Assembly (NCBI GenBank): GCA_016933615.1
Contig: JAFGAO010000068.1
Location: forward strand, 840-64,839
Source of the DNA: Acidobacteriota bacterium
Lineage (GTDB): Bacteria > Acidobacteriota > UBA6911
Direction: 5' to 3'
DNA length: 64,000 nt
Every line of letters begins with the position of its first letter. Within the stretch, counting starts at the first letter, position 1. Shown here in pieces: positions 17,942 to 27,088 of this stretch. The position numbers were made by a program, and so were the translations under genes. The notes beneath the pieces are model-generated. The model worked only from the letters and a program-made list of their open reading frames with translations, searched no databases and had not been told where the DNA came from.

Positions 17942-19174
17942 GTGAACATGAGCGGCGGACCATTACAGGGCATAAGGGTTATCGAGTGCGCCGGCTATCT
18001 GAGCGCCCCTACGGCATGCTATATGCTGGGGGACCTGGGCGCCGAAGTAATCAAGATAGAGGATCGGGTGACGGGGGATCCCTCACGGGGGACTTCGGCC
18101 GTTTTCGGCTCCTCCATGACGCTGGCCAACGGCGAAAACATCCTGTTCGAAACGGCGAACCGGAATAAAAAAAGCCTGACGCTGGATCTGAAAAAGGAAA
18201 AAGGCCGGCAGCTGCTCTACGAGCTGGTTTCCAGAGCGGACGTTTTCTGCACCAACTTCACCCAAAAGGCCATAGAAAAACTCAAGATCGATTTCGAAAC
18301 CCTGAAGAAATACAACCCGAAACTGGTTTACGGCCTTGCCACCGGCTACGGCCTCAAGGGCCCCGAGAGCGCCCGGCGCGCCTTCGACAGCGTCGCGCAG
18401 GCCCGCTCCGGAATTATGTACGCTCTAGGCGGCGAACCGGACGCCCCCCCGGCCCAAATCGGAGGCCCTGTCTTCGACCAGATGACCGGAACCCTGCTGG
18501 TTTATGCAATCCTGGCAGCCCTGATCGCGCGCGACAGGCAGGGCAAGGGCCAGCAGGTTGAGGTGTCGCTCCTGGGATCGGGAATTCATCTGCAGGCGTA
18601 TAACCTGAACACGGCCCTTCTGCGGGGGCGCCAGATCCCCAGACCTTCCAGAAGGTCTCTGAAAAATCCGATGGCGAACCATTTCGAATGCGCCGACGGC
18701 GAATGGATTCTTCTTTCGGAGCCCCAGGCCGACCGTTTCTGGCCCGCTTTCTGCAATGCGCTGGGCATCCAGCAGCTGGAAAAGGATGAAAAATATGCCG
18801 ATGCAGCCGTCCGCAGGGAGAATTTCCGGGAATTGCTGGATATTATTGAACGGGTCTTCATAACCAAAACCAGAGACGAATGGATGAAAATCCTGGACGA
18901 AAAGGGCGAAGGCATCGCCTACTCTCCCGTCCTGAGACCGACGGACCTCGCCAACGACGCCCAGGCGCTCGAAAACGGCTACATCGCCACCATCGAGCAT
19001 CCGTCCCTGGGAGCCATCAAGATGGTGGGCAATCCGGTCTACTTCAGCGATACGCCGGTAACGGTAGACGGATATGCACCCTGCTTCGGCCAGAACACGG
19101 AGGAAGTCCTTCTGGAGGTCTGCGGCTGCGACTGGGACAAAATACAGGAGCTAAAGGACGAGGAAGTCATATAA
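17942..19174 (+). CDS. family-III (CaiB/BaiF) CoA-transferase
   Basis: 410 aa. 'GIRVIECAGYLSAPTACYMLGDLGAEVIKIE' and C-terminal 'GQNTEEVL' are typical of the family. The start is GTG 17942 or ATG 17948. Confidence 0.9.
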   Translation: MNMSGGPLQGIRVIECAGYLSAPTACYMLGDLGAEVIKIEDRVTGDPSRGTSAVFGSSMTLANGENILFETANRNKKSLTLDLKKEKGRQLLYELVSRADVFCTNFTQKAIEKLKIDFETLKKYNPKLVYGLATGYGLKGPESARRAFDSVAQARSGIMYALGGEPDAPPAQIGGPVFDQMTGTLLVYAILAALIARDRQGKGQQVEVSLLGSGIHLQAYNLNTALLRGRQIPRPSRRSLKNPMANHFECADGEWILLSEPQADRFWPAFCNALGIQQLEKDEKYADAAVRRENFRELLDIIERVFITKTRDEWMKILDEKGEGIAYSPVLRPTDLANDAQALENGYIATIEHPSLGAIKMVGNPVYFSDTPVTVDGYAPCFGQNTEEVLLEVCGCDWDKIQELKDEEVI

Positions 19175-19178
19175 GAAG

Positions 19179-19242
19179 GTTCCCCGTTCAGGGTTCAGCA
19201 TTGAAAGTCAACCTTGAACGATGAATCCTGAACCTTGAACGG
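19179..19242 (+). repeat. heptad-type inverted repeat element (d)
   Basis: GTTCCCC GTTCAGG GTTCAGC (19179-19199) faces TGAACGA TGAATCC TGAACCT TGAACGG (19215-19242). The 15-nt arms 19184-19198 and 19228-19242 pair with one G.U position. Confidence 0.85.
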
Positions 19243-19259
19243 TAAGCGGGAGTCGATCG

Positions 19260-20726
19260 ATGATAACAACCTTAAGGAATAAGCGGCTGGATGAAAAAGA
19301 ATTTCTGAAAATGCGGGATCCGGTTCTCGACCTATGGCCGACGGGGCGCGAGGTGGATCTCGACGAAGCTGTCGAATATCAAAAGCAGCTGCCCGACTCC
19401 AAGAACTGGCACAAGCTGGCCCGGAAAATGAATGCGGAAGGCCGCACCGCCATATTCCCCAGGGCGGGAACCGGGCTGCTCGAGGCCCAGATCCGGCTCT
19501 CCCGGAAACTCGAGGAATCGTGCGTTCCCTTCATCCCGGTAACGTCCGACAGCTACACGCGCCAGCTGGAATTCGAAAAGGTCGACGGCATCCTGGATGA
19601 AATGCGAAAGACCGGCCGCAACCTGCTCAACGGCTTCCCCCTCATCAACTACGGGGTGAAACAGACGCGCAGACTTATTGAGAGCGTCACCGTGGGCGCC
19701 TTCAACCCCAGGCTTTCGCTCAAATCCTACAAGCTGGCGACCGAAATCTCCTTTGCCGCCGGCATGACGGCCGTCGCCGCATGCCCCTTCATCTCCTGGG
19801 CGGCCTATGAAAAGGACGCGACGCTGGAAGAATCCATGGCCGTCAACCAGTACGTGCACCGGCTGATCGGCTACTACGCCGACCGTGGAGTGGTCATTTC
19901 CACGGACAACCACGGATGGATTCTGACGGGGATGCAGCCGATGACCGTAAACCTGGCCACCACCATTGCCGACGCCATAATGGTCGCCGAGCAGGGGGGG
20001 AGGAGCATCACGTCGGTCGTTCATCTGATGGGCAACATGGCCCAGGATCTTGCCTGGATTCGCGTGACCCCAAGACTGCTGAGGGAATACCTGGACAAGC
20101 TGGGATACAGGGATGTGGAGATCGCGGGCGTTTTCGCGCAGCACACTCCCCTTTTCCCCATGCCCCAGAGCATGGGCGGCGCATTCGCTTTCCCGAACTA
20201 CACGGCCGTCGTCGCCGCACTCGGGAAAACGGAAGCCGTATCCATCCGCACCATCGACGAAGCTCTCGGTGTTCCTACGGAAGAATCGCACACCCTCAGT
20301 TACGAATCCGCAAACTGGCTGCTCCAAATAGTCCGTGGCCAGAAGTTCGAACTGCAAAGCGCCCAGGTCGACGAGGAAGCCGCCGTTGCCGAGGCTGAAA
20401 TACGCGCGTTCATGGACAGGATCCTGGAAGTCGGCGACGGCGACGTAATCGTCGGATGCCTGAAGTGCGTCGAAGAAGGGTTCCTCGATTCCAGTTTCAG
20501 TCCCAACAAACAGGTTCGCGACCAGGTGATAGGCATCAAGGACAGCCGCGGTGCGATCCGGTGGAGGGAATTCGGCAACCTTCCGCTGCCGGAAGAGATC
20601 AAGAAATTCCACCGTGAAAAAGTGGCGGAAAGAGAAAAAGCGGAAGGCCGCGAAATGGACTACGACGCCCTCGTTCAGGATTTCTGGGCTTTCAGCAAAG
20701 GCCGGCTAACCGGGAAACCGGAATAA
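19260..20726 (+). CDS. glutamate mutase epsilon (GlmE/MutE)-like B12-dependent mutase, large subunit
   Basis: 488 aa, collinear with clostridial methylaspartate mutase E as I remember it: 'LDLWPTGREVDLDEAVEY', 'FPRAG', 'SYTRQ', 'LLNGFPLINYGVK', C-terminal 'FSKGRLTGKPE'. Confidence 0.85.
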   Translation: MITTLRNKRLDEKEFLKMRDPVLDLWPTGREVDLDEAVEYQKQLPDSKNWHKLARKMNAEGRTAIFPRAGTGLLEAQIRLSRKLEESCVPFIPVTSDSYTRQLEFEKVDGILDEMRKTGRNLLNGFPLINYGVKQTRRLIESVTVGAFNPRLSLKSYKLATEISFAAGMTAVAACPFISWAAYEKDATLEESMAVNQYVHRLIGYYADRGVVISTDNHGWILTGMQPMTVNLATTIADAIMVAEQGGRSITSVVHLMGNMAQDLAWIRVTPRLLREYLDKLGYRDVEIAGVFAQHTPLFPMPQSMGGAFAFPNYTAVVAALGKTEAVSIRTIDEALGVPTEESHTLSYESANWLLQIVRGQKFELQSAQVDEEAAVAEAEIRAFMDRILEVGDGDVIVGCLKCVEEGFLDSSFSPNKQVRDQVIGIKDSRGAIRWREFGNLPLPEEIKKFHREKVAEREKAEGREMDYDALVQDFWAFSKGRLTGKPE

Positions 20727-20729
20727 TAA

Positions 20730-20817
20730 GGTTTCCCGTTCTGCGTTTCACGTTTCCCGTTAAAATTAATAATTACCAAACGAGAAACGGGGAGCCGGAA
20801 ACGGGGAACGGTTTTTT
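20730..20817 (+). repeat. heptad-type inverted repeat element (e) ending in a T-run
   Basis: GTTTCCC GTTCTGC GTTTCAC GTTTCCC (20731-20758), an AT-rich loop, then GAGAAAC GGGGAGC CGGAAAC GGGGAAC (20782-20809), followed by G and TTTTTT (20812-20817). Confidence 0.8.
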
Positions 20818-20834
20818 GAAGGAGAACCATCAAA

Positions 20835-21257
20835 GTGACCAATCCAACCGTGATAACGGGAACCGTGGGCAAAGATGCGCACGTCATAGGAACAAAAATA
20901 TTATCCCGCGCCCTGCGGGAAGCCGGTTTCAACGTCGTGGAACTGGGGATCCTGACTCCCCCCGAGGAATTCATTCAGGCCGCCCTCGACAACAAAGCCG
21001 ATGCCATTCTCATGAGCTCGCTTTATGGAATGGGAGAGAACGATGTGCAGGGATTCAAAGAGAAATGTATCCAGGCGGGGCTGAATGATGTGCTTCTTTA
21101 CATCGGCGGGAATCTGAGCGTGGGCAAACACGACTTCTCCGAAGCCGAAGCGACCTTCAAAAAACTCGGCTTCGACCGCGTGTACCCGCCGGCATCGGAC
21201 GTGAAAAAGGCCATCGCGGATCTCCGGGCCGATCTGAAAGCCAAAGGAAAAGCTTAG
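20835..21257 (+). CDS. glutamate mutase sigma (GlmS/MutS)-like B12-binding subunit
   Basis: 140 aa. DxHxxG cobalamin motif 'GKDAHVIGTK', plus 'AGFNVVELG', 'ADAILMSSLYG' and 'LLYIGGNL' as in MutS/GlmS. GTG start 11 nt after AAGGAG. Confidence 0.85.
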   Translation: MTNPTVITGTVGKDAHVIGTKILSRALREAGFNVVELGILTPPEEFIQAALDNKADAILMSSLYGMGENDVQGFKEKCIQAGLNDVLLYIGGNLSVGKHDFSEAEATFKKLGFDRVYPPASDVKKAIADLRADLKAKGKA

Positions 21258-21265
21258 GAAATACA

Positions 21266-22507
21266 ATGCGCCCAAGTATGCTGGGAGGCTATCGCGCCCT
21301 GGACCTGACCGATGAAAGGGGATTCCTGTGCGGCAAGATCCTGGCCGAACTCGGAGTGGACGTGATCAAGGTGGAGAAACCCGGGGGCGATCCCGCTCGG
21401 AAGATCGGACCATTCTGGCACGACCAGGCGGACCCTGAAAAAAGCCTGTACTGGTTTGCATACAACAGCAGCAAACGCGGAATCACCCTCGACCTGGAAT
21501 CCGTGGAAGGGAAAAGCCTCTTTCGCGGCCTGGTCCAAACGTCCGATTTCGTCGTTGAATCCTTCGATCCGGGCGTATTGGGCAAGCTTGGGTTCGGCTA
21601 CCGGGAATTGCGGCGCATCAAAAAGGACATCATCCTCACGTCGATCACTCCGTTCGGCCAGTCCGGGCCCTACAGCCGGTACAAGGCTGCGGACCTGACC
21701 CTCATGGGAATGGCCGGGGAACTTTTCATGACCGGTGATTCCGACAAACCCCCGGTCAACATCAGCATGCCGCAAGCCTGCATGCATGCGGGGGCGGATG
21801 CGGCCGTCGGTTCCATGCTGGCGCACCACCACAGAAGAATGACCGGCGAAGGCCAGCACGTGGACGTAGCCATGCAGCACAGCGCCGCCTGGTTCCTGGC
21901 CCAGACCATCCCGCACTGGGAAATGGAAAACCTGATCCTCGGTCGCGTGGGTACCTTCCGCACCAGCAGCCGCGGCACGCTGCAGCGACAGGTCTGGCCG
22001 TGCAGGGACGGATACATATTCTTTTTCATGATCGGGGGGCAACAGGGGGCCAAGACCGGCTACCAGCTGGTGCAATGGATGGAAGAAGAAGGAATGGCCG
22101 ACGAATTTCTTAAGGGCTATAAATGGGAAGAATTCGACATGGCCACGGCCACGCAGGAGCTGATCGATAAAATCTCCCGGCCGATCGCGGAATTTTTCCT
22201 GACTCGAACCAAGAAGGAAGCCCTGGATGCCGCGATGTCCAGAAACATTTCCATCTGCCCCCTTATGGGCAACCGGGACCTGCTCGAAGACCCGAACCTG
22301 GCCGCCAGGGGCTTCTGGAAGCCGATTGCGCATCCCCACTTGAGAACCACGATCCCCTATCCCAGGCAGTTCGCGCGATCCTCGGAAAACGATACGGAGA
22401 CCCGGTTCCGGGCTCCACGCATCGGTGAACACAATACGGAAGTCTACAGGGAACTCGGCCTGTCAGCCGACCGGGTGGAAGAATTGAAAAAACAGGGAGT
22501 TATATAG
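21266..22507 (+). CDS. family-III (CaiB/BaiF) CoA-transferase
   Basis: 413 aa. 'YRALDLTDERGFLCGKILAELGVDVIKVEKPGGDP' and C-terminal 'GEHNTEVYRELGL'. Confidence 0.9.
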   Translation: MRPSMLGGYRALDLTDERGFLCGKILAELGVDVIKVEKPGGDPARKIGPFWHDQADPEKSLYWFAYNSSKRGITLDLESVEGKSLFRGLVQTSDFVVESFDPGVLGKLGFGYRELRRIKKDIILTSITPFGQSGPYSRYKAADLTLMGMAGELFMTGDSDKPPVNISMPQACMHAGADAAVGSMLAHHHRRMTGEGQHVDVAMQHSAAWFLAQTIPHWEMENLILGRVGTFRTSSRGTLQRQVWPCRDGYIFFFMIGGQQGAKTGYQLVQWMEEEGMADEFLKGYKWEEFDMATATQELIDKISRPIAEFFLTRTKKEALDAAMSRNISICPLMGNRDLLEDPNLAARGFWKPIAHPHLRTTIPYPRQFARSSENDTETRFRAPRIGEHNTEVYRELGLSADRVEELKKQGVI

Positions 22508-22511
22508 AAAA

Positions 22512-22575
22512 AACGGCTTCCGTTCAGGGTTTCCCGTTCCCCGTTGCGATTCCAGGACAGAAACGGGAAACCCCT
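22512..22575 (+). repeat. heptad-type inverted repeat element (f)
   Basis: GTTCAGG GTTTCCC GTTCCCC GTTGCGA (22522-22549). A perfect 12-bp stem joins GGGTTTCCCGTT (22527-22538) and AACGGGAAACCC (22562-22573). Confidence 0.85.
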
Positions 22576-22589
22576 TAAGGGCGAAACGT

Positions 22590-24689
22590 ATGGGAATCAA
22601 TAGTAAATATGAAAAGCTGCTGGAGCCCGGATATATAGGAAAGGTGAAAACCCGGAACCGAATGATCAAATCGGGCGCCGGCATGCTGATGTGGCACCAG
22701 GACGACCTGCGTATGCGCCCTGAGGTTCTGGCGTTTTACGAAGGGATCGCCAGGGGCGGCGTCGGCCTGCTGATCGTGGAATCGCCGACCGTCGATTACC
22801 CGAGAGGCGTCCGGTGGAAAGAACGGTACCGGATCGACGACGACAAATACATACCGGGCCTTGCGGAGCTTGTGGAAATCATTCACAGTCACGGCTGCCC
22901 CACATTCATGCAGATGAACCATGACGGCCCCTGGGAGGTCAAGCTGCCTTTTGTGCCGGAGCCGATGTACGACGGCCCGCCTATCGGGGCGTCCGCCGTC
23001 AGCTTCACGGAAGGAGCCGCCGACTTCCACAAGGAACCGCCCCATCCGCTCACGGTCGGGGAGATCCAGGAAATCGTGGAAAAGTTCGCGGCCGCGGCAG
23101 TCCGGGCCCGGAAGGCGGGGTTCGACGGAGTGGACATCAATGCCGCAAGCAGCCACCTCCTGCACAACTTCTTCTCCCCCTTCTTCAACCGGCGCGAGGA
23201 CGCCTACGGCGGGAGTGTCGAAAACAGGGCCCGTTTCGCGGTGGAAGTGGTTCAGGCAATAAAAAAGAGCGCCGGTTCCGATTTCCCTCTCTCCATTACC
23301 ATCAACAATTTCGAATCGGGCCGGGTTATCGGCGTCGACGACAGCCGGTGCCTCACCCACGAGGACGCCCGCATGATCGCCCGGCTTCTGGAGCATGCGG
23401 GGGCCGACGCCATCCAGGTCCGAAGCCATATCCTGGGGTATCACGTCGGCGCCTACCTTCCCGACACGCTTTTCTATCCGGAACCTCCCTTCGCGCCGGA
23501 ACTCTTCCCGGAACAGTACGATGCCAGCGACATGGGCGTCGGCGCCAACATACCCGGGGCGGCCGGGATCAAGAGCGCCGTTTCCATCCCGGTCATCACC
23601 GTCGGCAAACTCGACGCGGATCTTGGCGAGAAAGCCATCCGGGAGGGCAAGATTGATTTCATCGCGATGACCCGGCGCCTTCTGGCCGACCCGGATTATC
23701 CCAGAAAAATCGCGGAAGGAAGGCTGGAGGATATTCAGCCCTGCACCGGATGCGACAACTGCCTGGGCAGCCGCCGCTGCCGCATCAACGGACTTCTGGG
23801 CACGCCGTACAACACCATAGAAAAAGCGGAGCAAAAGAAAAAGGTGCTCGTCATCGGCGGCGGCCCGGCCGGCATGTCGGCCGCCCGCGTATCCGCGCTC
23901 CGGGGCCATGACGTGACCCTTTACGAACAGGCGACCGCACTTGGCGGATTGCTGCCGGTTGCGTCGATTGTAAAGGGCCCCCGCCCCGAAGACCTCTCTC
24001 TAATTGTGAACTATTTCTCCCGACAGCTGTCAAAGCTCGGCGTCAAGGTGAGACTCGGCAAGACGGCGGATTTGGCCGCCGTCGAAGCGCTCAAACCGGA
24101 CGTGGTGTTCCTGGCCGCGGGCGGCACTTCAACCGTGCCCGGGATTCCGGGCATCGACGGCCCGAATGTCGTCAACGGAGCGGCGCTGCATCAAAAACTT
24201 AAATTCGCTCTGAAGTTTTTCAAGCCTGAGACCATCCGGAAGCTGACTAAACTATACATGCCTCTGGGTAAAAGGGTGGTTGTCATCGGCGGCGCCATCC
24301 AGGGGTGCGAACTGGCAGAATTTCTCACCAAGCGGGGCCGCGAAGTCACCATTGTCGAGACCGGCGAGATGCTGGGCGACGGCATGGTGGATGCCATGAT
24401 GGACTACCTGTTCAACTGGTTCAGGAAAAAAGGGGTCAAAATGATCAGCGGCGTCAGGGAATACGTCGAAATCATCGATAAAGGCCTGACCATTATAGAC
24501 CGAGACGGCAACAGACGGCTCCTCGAAGCGGACAGCATCGCGACGGCCCTGCCGCTGACGCCCAACAACGAGCTTCTGGAAAAACTGAAAGCCACCGTGC
24601 CGGAAGTCTATGCAATCGGGGACTGCAATGAGCCGCTGCTTATAGCGGACGCCATCGGGACCGGTCTCCGTACCGCCCGGGAAATTTAA
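22590..24689 (+). CDS. OYE-family NADH:flavin oxidoreductase with [4Fe-4S] and FAD/NAD(P) domains (2,4-dienoyl-CoA reductase / enoate reductase / BaiCD-like)
   Basis: 699 aa. N-terminal TIM barrel ('RNRMIKSGAG', 'MQMNHDG'), Cys cluster 'CTGCDNCLGSRRC', then 'KKVLVIGGGPAGMSAA' and a second Rossmann fold 'RVVVIGGAIQGCELAEFL'. Confidence 0.9.
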   Translation: MGINSKYEKLLEPGYIGKVKTRNRMIKSGAGMLMWHQDDLRMRPEVLAFYEGIARGGVGLLIVESPTVDYPRGVRWKERYRIDDDKYIPGLAELVEIIHSHGCPTFMQMNHDGPWEVKLPFVPEPMYDGPPIGASAVSFTEGAADFHKEPPHPLTVGEIQEIVEKFAAAAVRARKAGFDGVDINAASSHLLHNFFSPFFNRREDAYGGSVENRARFAVEVVQAIKKSAGSDFPLSITINNFESGRVIGVDDSRCLTHEDARMIARLLEHAGADAIQVRSHILGYHVGAYLPDTLFYPEPPFAPELFPEQYDASDMGVGANIPGAAGIKSAVSIPVITVGKLDADLGEKAIREGKIDFIAMTRRLLADPDYPRKIAEGRLEDIQPCTGCDNCLGSRRCRINGLLGTPYNTIEKAEQKKKVLVIGGGPAGMSAARVSALRGHDVTLYEQATALGGLLPVASIVKGPRPEDLSLIVNYFSRQLSKLGVKVRLGKTADLAAVEALKPDVVFLAAGGTSTVPGIPGIDGPNVVNGAALHQKLKFALKFFKPETIRKLTKLYMPLGKRVVVIGGAIQGCELAEFLTKRGREVTIVETGEMLGDGMVDAMMDYLFNWFRKKGVKMISGVREYVEIIDKGLTIIDRDGNRRLLEADSIATALPLTPNNELLEKLKATVPEVYAIGDCNEPLLIADAIGTGLRTAREI

Positions 24690-24755
24690 AGCAGTAAGCA
24701 GTTGGCAGTAATCTGATTCGGATTCGGGCTCAGATGAAATAGGGTATAAGTGACG

Positions 24756-24780
24756 GTAGGGGCGAACCTTGTGTTCGCCC
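24756..24780 (+). repeat. REP-like palindromic element, single copy
   Basis: GTAGGGGCGAACCTTGTGTTCGCCC, in the same orientation as the 8977 array. Confidence 0.9.
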
Positions 24781-24830
24781 TGGTAACGAAAAGTTGGCAG
24801 GAGGCGGGAGAAAGAAGCCAGGAGTCAGAA

Positions 24831-26057
24831 GTGACAGACACTGGGAAAAAGGTATTTGATGATCTGAAGATTGCGGCTTTCAGCTGGGCCATGGTCGGCC
24901 CGCTGACCCTGAAATTCTTCGCCGATTACGGGGCGGCGGTTATCCGCGTGGAAACGAGCTTGCGCCCCTGCGTCACACGGACCTCGGCGCCCTACAAAGA
25001 CAACATCCCCGGCATCAATCGCAGCGGCTACTTCAACCATTTCAGCGCCAACATGATGAGCCTGTCGCTGAACATGAAAAGCCCGCAGGGTCTGGATGTG
25101 GCCAAAGAGCTGATTGCCTGGTCGGATGTCGTCATGGAGAACTTCACCCCGGGAGTCATGGACAAATGGGGCCTCGGCTTCCAAGAGCTGAAGAAGATCA
25201 AGCCGGACATCATCATGGTGCGGCAGAACGGCTTCGGCGTCGAAGGCCCCTACAAAAACCTGGCCGCCTTCGGGATGATCCTTTCCGCCATCGCCGGAAT
25301 CCCCAACTACATCGGTTGGCCGGACGGAGGGCCCCTTCCCGTCGGCGTGGGCGCCTATACCGACAGCATCAGCCCGCGTTTCGCCTCGGCCGCCCTGATC
25401 GCGGCCCTGGAATACCGGGACAGGACCGGGAAAGGCCAGCTCATCGACCTGGCGCAATTTGAAACCGCTCTCTATTTTCTGATGCCGGGGCTACTCGATA
25501 CCTGTGTCAACGATCGCGAGCCTGTCCGAAACGGCAATGCCGTCGAATGGGCCGCGCCGCACAATGTCTACCCCTGCAAGGGAAAGGAGCGGTGGTGCAC
25601 CATCGCCGTGACCGAAGAAGTCCAGTGGCCGGCGCTTTGCAGCGCCGTGGGCAAACCCTGGCTGGCGCAGGATCCGCGGTTCGACACCCTGAAGCGCAGG
25701 AAAGAAAATGAAAAGGAGCTGGACGAGGAAATAGCATCCTGGACGAAAGAGCGGACGCCGGAAGAAGTGATGAACGTGCTTCAGGCGGCGGGTGTTGCGG
25801 CCGGAGTCGTCGAAAATGCATCCGACGTGTTCGAGGATCCCCAGTTGCGCCGGCGGGGGCTTTTCTGGCCCATGGAGCACGGCGAGATGGGCGCATTCAC
25901 GCACCTGGGAACCAGCATGGTCCTTTCGGAAACACCGGCGCAGGCGGAAGCGCCGAGCCCGTGCATCGGGGAGCATAACGAATATATACTCACAAAAATC
26001 CTGGGCAAGACGGATGATGAATTTGTCGAGCTGCTAGCCGCAGGCGCGCTTACATAA
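24831..26057 (+). CDS. family-III (CaiB/BaiF) CoA-transferase
   Basis: 'LKIAAFSWAMVGPLTLKFFADYGAAVIRVE' and C-terminal 'GEHNEYILTKILG'. Start moved to GTG 24831, 6 nt after GGAG, because the track start at 24750 lies inside the REP element. Confidence 0.85.
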   Translation: MTDTGKKVFDDLKIAAFSWAMVGPLTLKFFADYGAAVIRVETSLRPCVTRTSAPYKDNIPGINRSGYFNHFSANMMSLSLNMKSPQGLDVAKELIAWSDVVMENFTPGVMDKWGLGFQELKKIKPDIIMVRQNGFGVEGPYKNLAAFGMILSAIAGIPNYIGWPDGGPLPVGVGAYTDSISPRFASAALIAALEYRDRTGKGQLIDLAQFETALYFLMPGLLDTCVNDREPVRNGNAVEWAAPHNVYPCKGKERWCTIAVTEEVQWPALCSAVGKPWLAQDPRFDTLKRRKENEKELDEEIASWTKERTPEEVMNVLQAAGVAAGVVENASDVFEDPQLRRRGLFWPMEHGEMGAFTHLGTSMVLSETPAQAEAPSPCIGEHNEYILTKILGKTDDEFVELLAAGALT

Positions 26058-26075
26058 TACTACGGAGGTTTCATC

Positions 26076-26954
26076 ATGGATTTGGAGTTTATTCGGTACG
26101 AAAAAGAGGAACAGGTTGCATTTATGACATTGAACCGGCCGGACCGTCTCAACGCCATCGGACCCGAAATTTACCGCGACTGGACGGCGGCCCTGGATGA
26201 AGCGGAGCAGGATGACGACGTAAAGGTTATCGTCTTCAAGGGTGCGGGGAAGGCCTTCAGCGCCGGGGCCGACCTGACGGGCGTCGGGTACGTTTACGGC
26301 ATGAAGGATCCCAAGCCGGGGGAAAGAGGCAGGCAGCGCATCCCCCTGAGGGTAAAATTCGAATTCGACCGGCGCGTTTTTCTGGATTTTCACAGAAGGA
26401 TTCTTTTCTGCAAAAAGCTGACGATCGCACAACTCCATAAGTACTGCCTCGGCATCGCTTTCAATATCGTGTCGCACTGCGACATGATCATCGCCAGCGA
26501 GGATTGCCGGATGGGGCATGTCGAGGAGCGTCTCGGCCAGGGCGGCATGACGCTCACCCCCATCATGATACTCCGCTGCGGATTCACTCGGGCGATGGAG
26601 CTTTGCCTGACCGGCCGGACCTTCAACGGCAAAAAAGCCGCGGAATATCAGCTGATCAACAAGGCCGTGCCGGCGGACAAGCTCGACGAAGAGGTCCGGA
26701 ACCTGGCCTACGGCCTGTGCCTCCATCCCAAAGACGGCATCGCCGTCGGCAAGGCGATGCGGGAGATGATATACACGACTATGGGAATCGATCGCGGATT
26801 GGTGGACCACTACATAATGCACACGATGCAGACCAACCGGGTCCTGGATGAGGGCGAAGTCAATTTCTTCAAGATGAGAAGAGACAAGGGTGTTCGGGAA
26901 GCCGCCCACGAGAAGCACGATCGCTTCAAAGTCCTCGACGACTTCGACAATTAA
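26076..26954 (+). CDS. enoyl-CoA hydratase/isomerase family protein
   Basis: 292 aa. 'VAFMTLNRPDRLNA' and 'GAGKAFSAGADL'. Confidence 0.85.
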   Translation: MDLEFIRYEKEEQVAFMTLNRPDRLNAIGPEIYRDWTAALDEAEQDDDVKVIVFKGAGKAFSAGADLTGVGYVYGMKDPKPGERGRQRIPLRVKFEFDRRVFLDFHRRILFCKKLTIAQLHKYCLGIAFNIVSHCDMIIASEDCRMGHVEERLGQGGMTLTPIMILRCGFTRAMELCLTGRTFNGKKAAEYQLINKAVPADKLDEEVRNLAYGLCLHPKDGIAVGKAMREMIYTTMGIDRGLVDHYIMHTMQTNRVLDEGEVNFFKMRRDKGVREAAHEKHDRFKVLDDFDN

Positions 26955-26972
26955 AGCTTGGTGGATGCGAAG

Positions 26973-27052
26973 CCTTGGAGTGCGGCAGCTTGCTGCCGCC
27001 TTCGTTATATAGATTCCAAATCAAAGCGGCAGCTTGCTGCCGCACTCCAAGG
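26973..27052. repeat. composite inverted repeat (27-nt arms)
   Basis: CCTTGGAGTGCGGCAGCTTGCTGCCGC (26973-26999) and GCGGCAGCTTGCTGCCGCACTCCAAGG (27026-27052). Each arm also carries its own GCGGCAGC/GCTGCCGC mini-palindrome. The spacer is 26 nt. Confidence 0.85.
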
Positions 27053-27088
27053 ACTCTTCTTCGCATTACTATTTCAGGAGATGAAGGC

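Noticed and set aside
19260-21257. Interpretation as a classical glutamate fermentation (methylaspartate) pathway or methylaspartate cycle
   Set aside because: No methylaspartate ammonia-lyase, mesaconase or GlmL/MutL is in the window. The amino-group-binding Glu also seems to be replaced, although that rests on an alignment from memory. I kept only the generic call of a GlmES-like mutase.
19332-23909. Long minus-strand ORFs 19332..20612, 21254..22432 and 22575..23909
   Set aside because: They are antisense to the GlmE-like, CoA-transferase and OYE genes respectively. Their composition is low-complexity and no domains are recognisable, while the sense-strand products carry strong family motifs.
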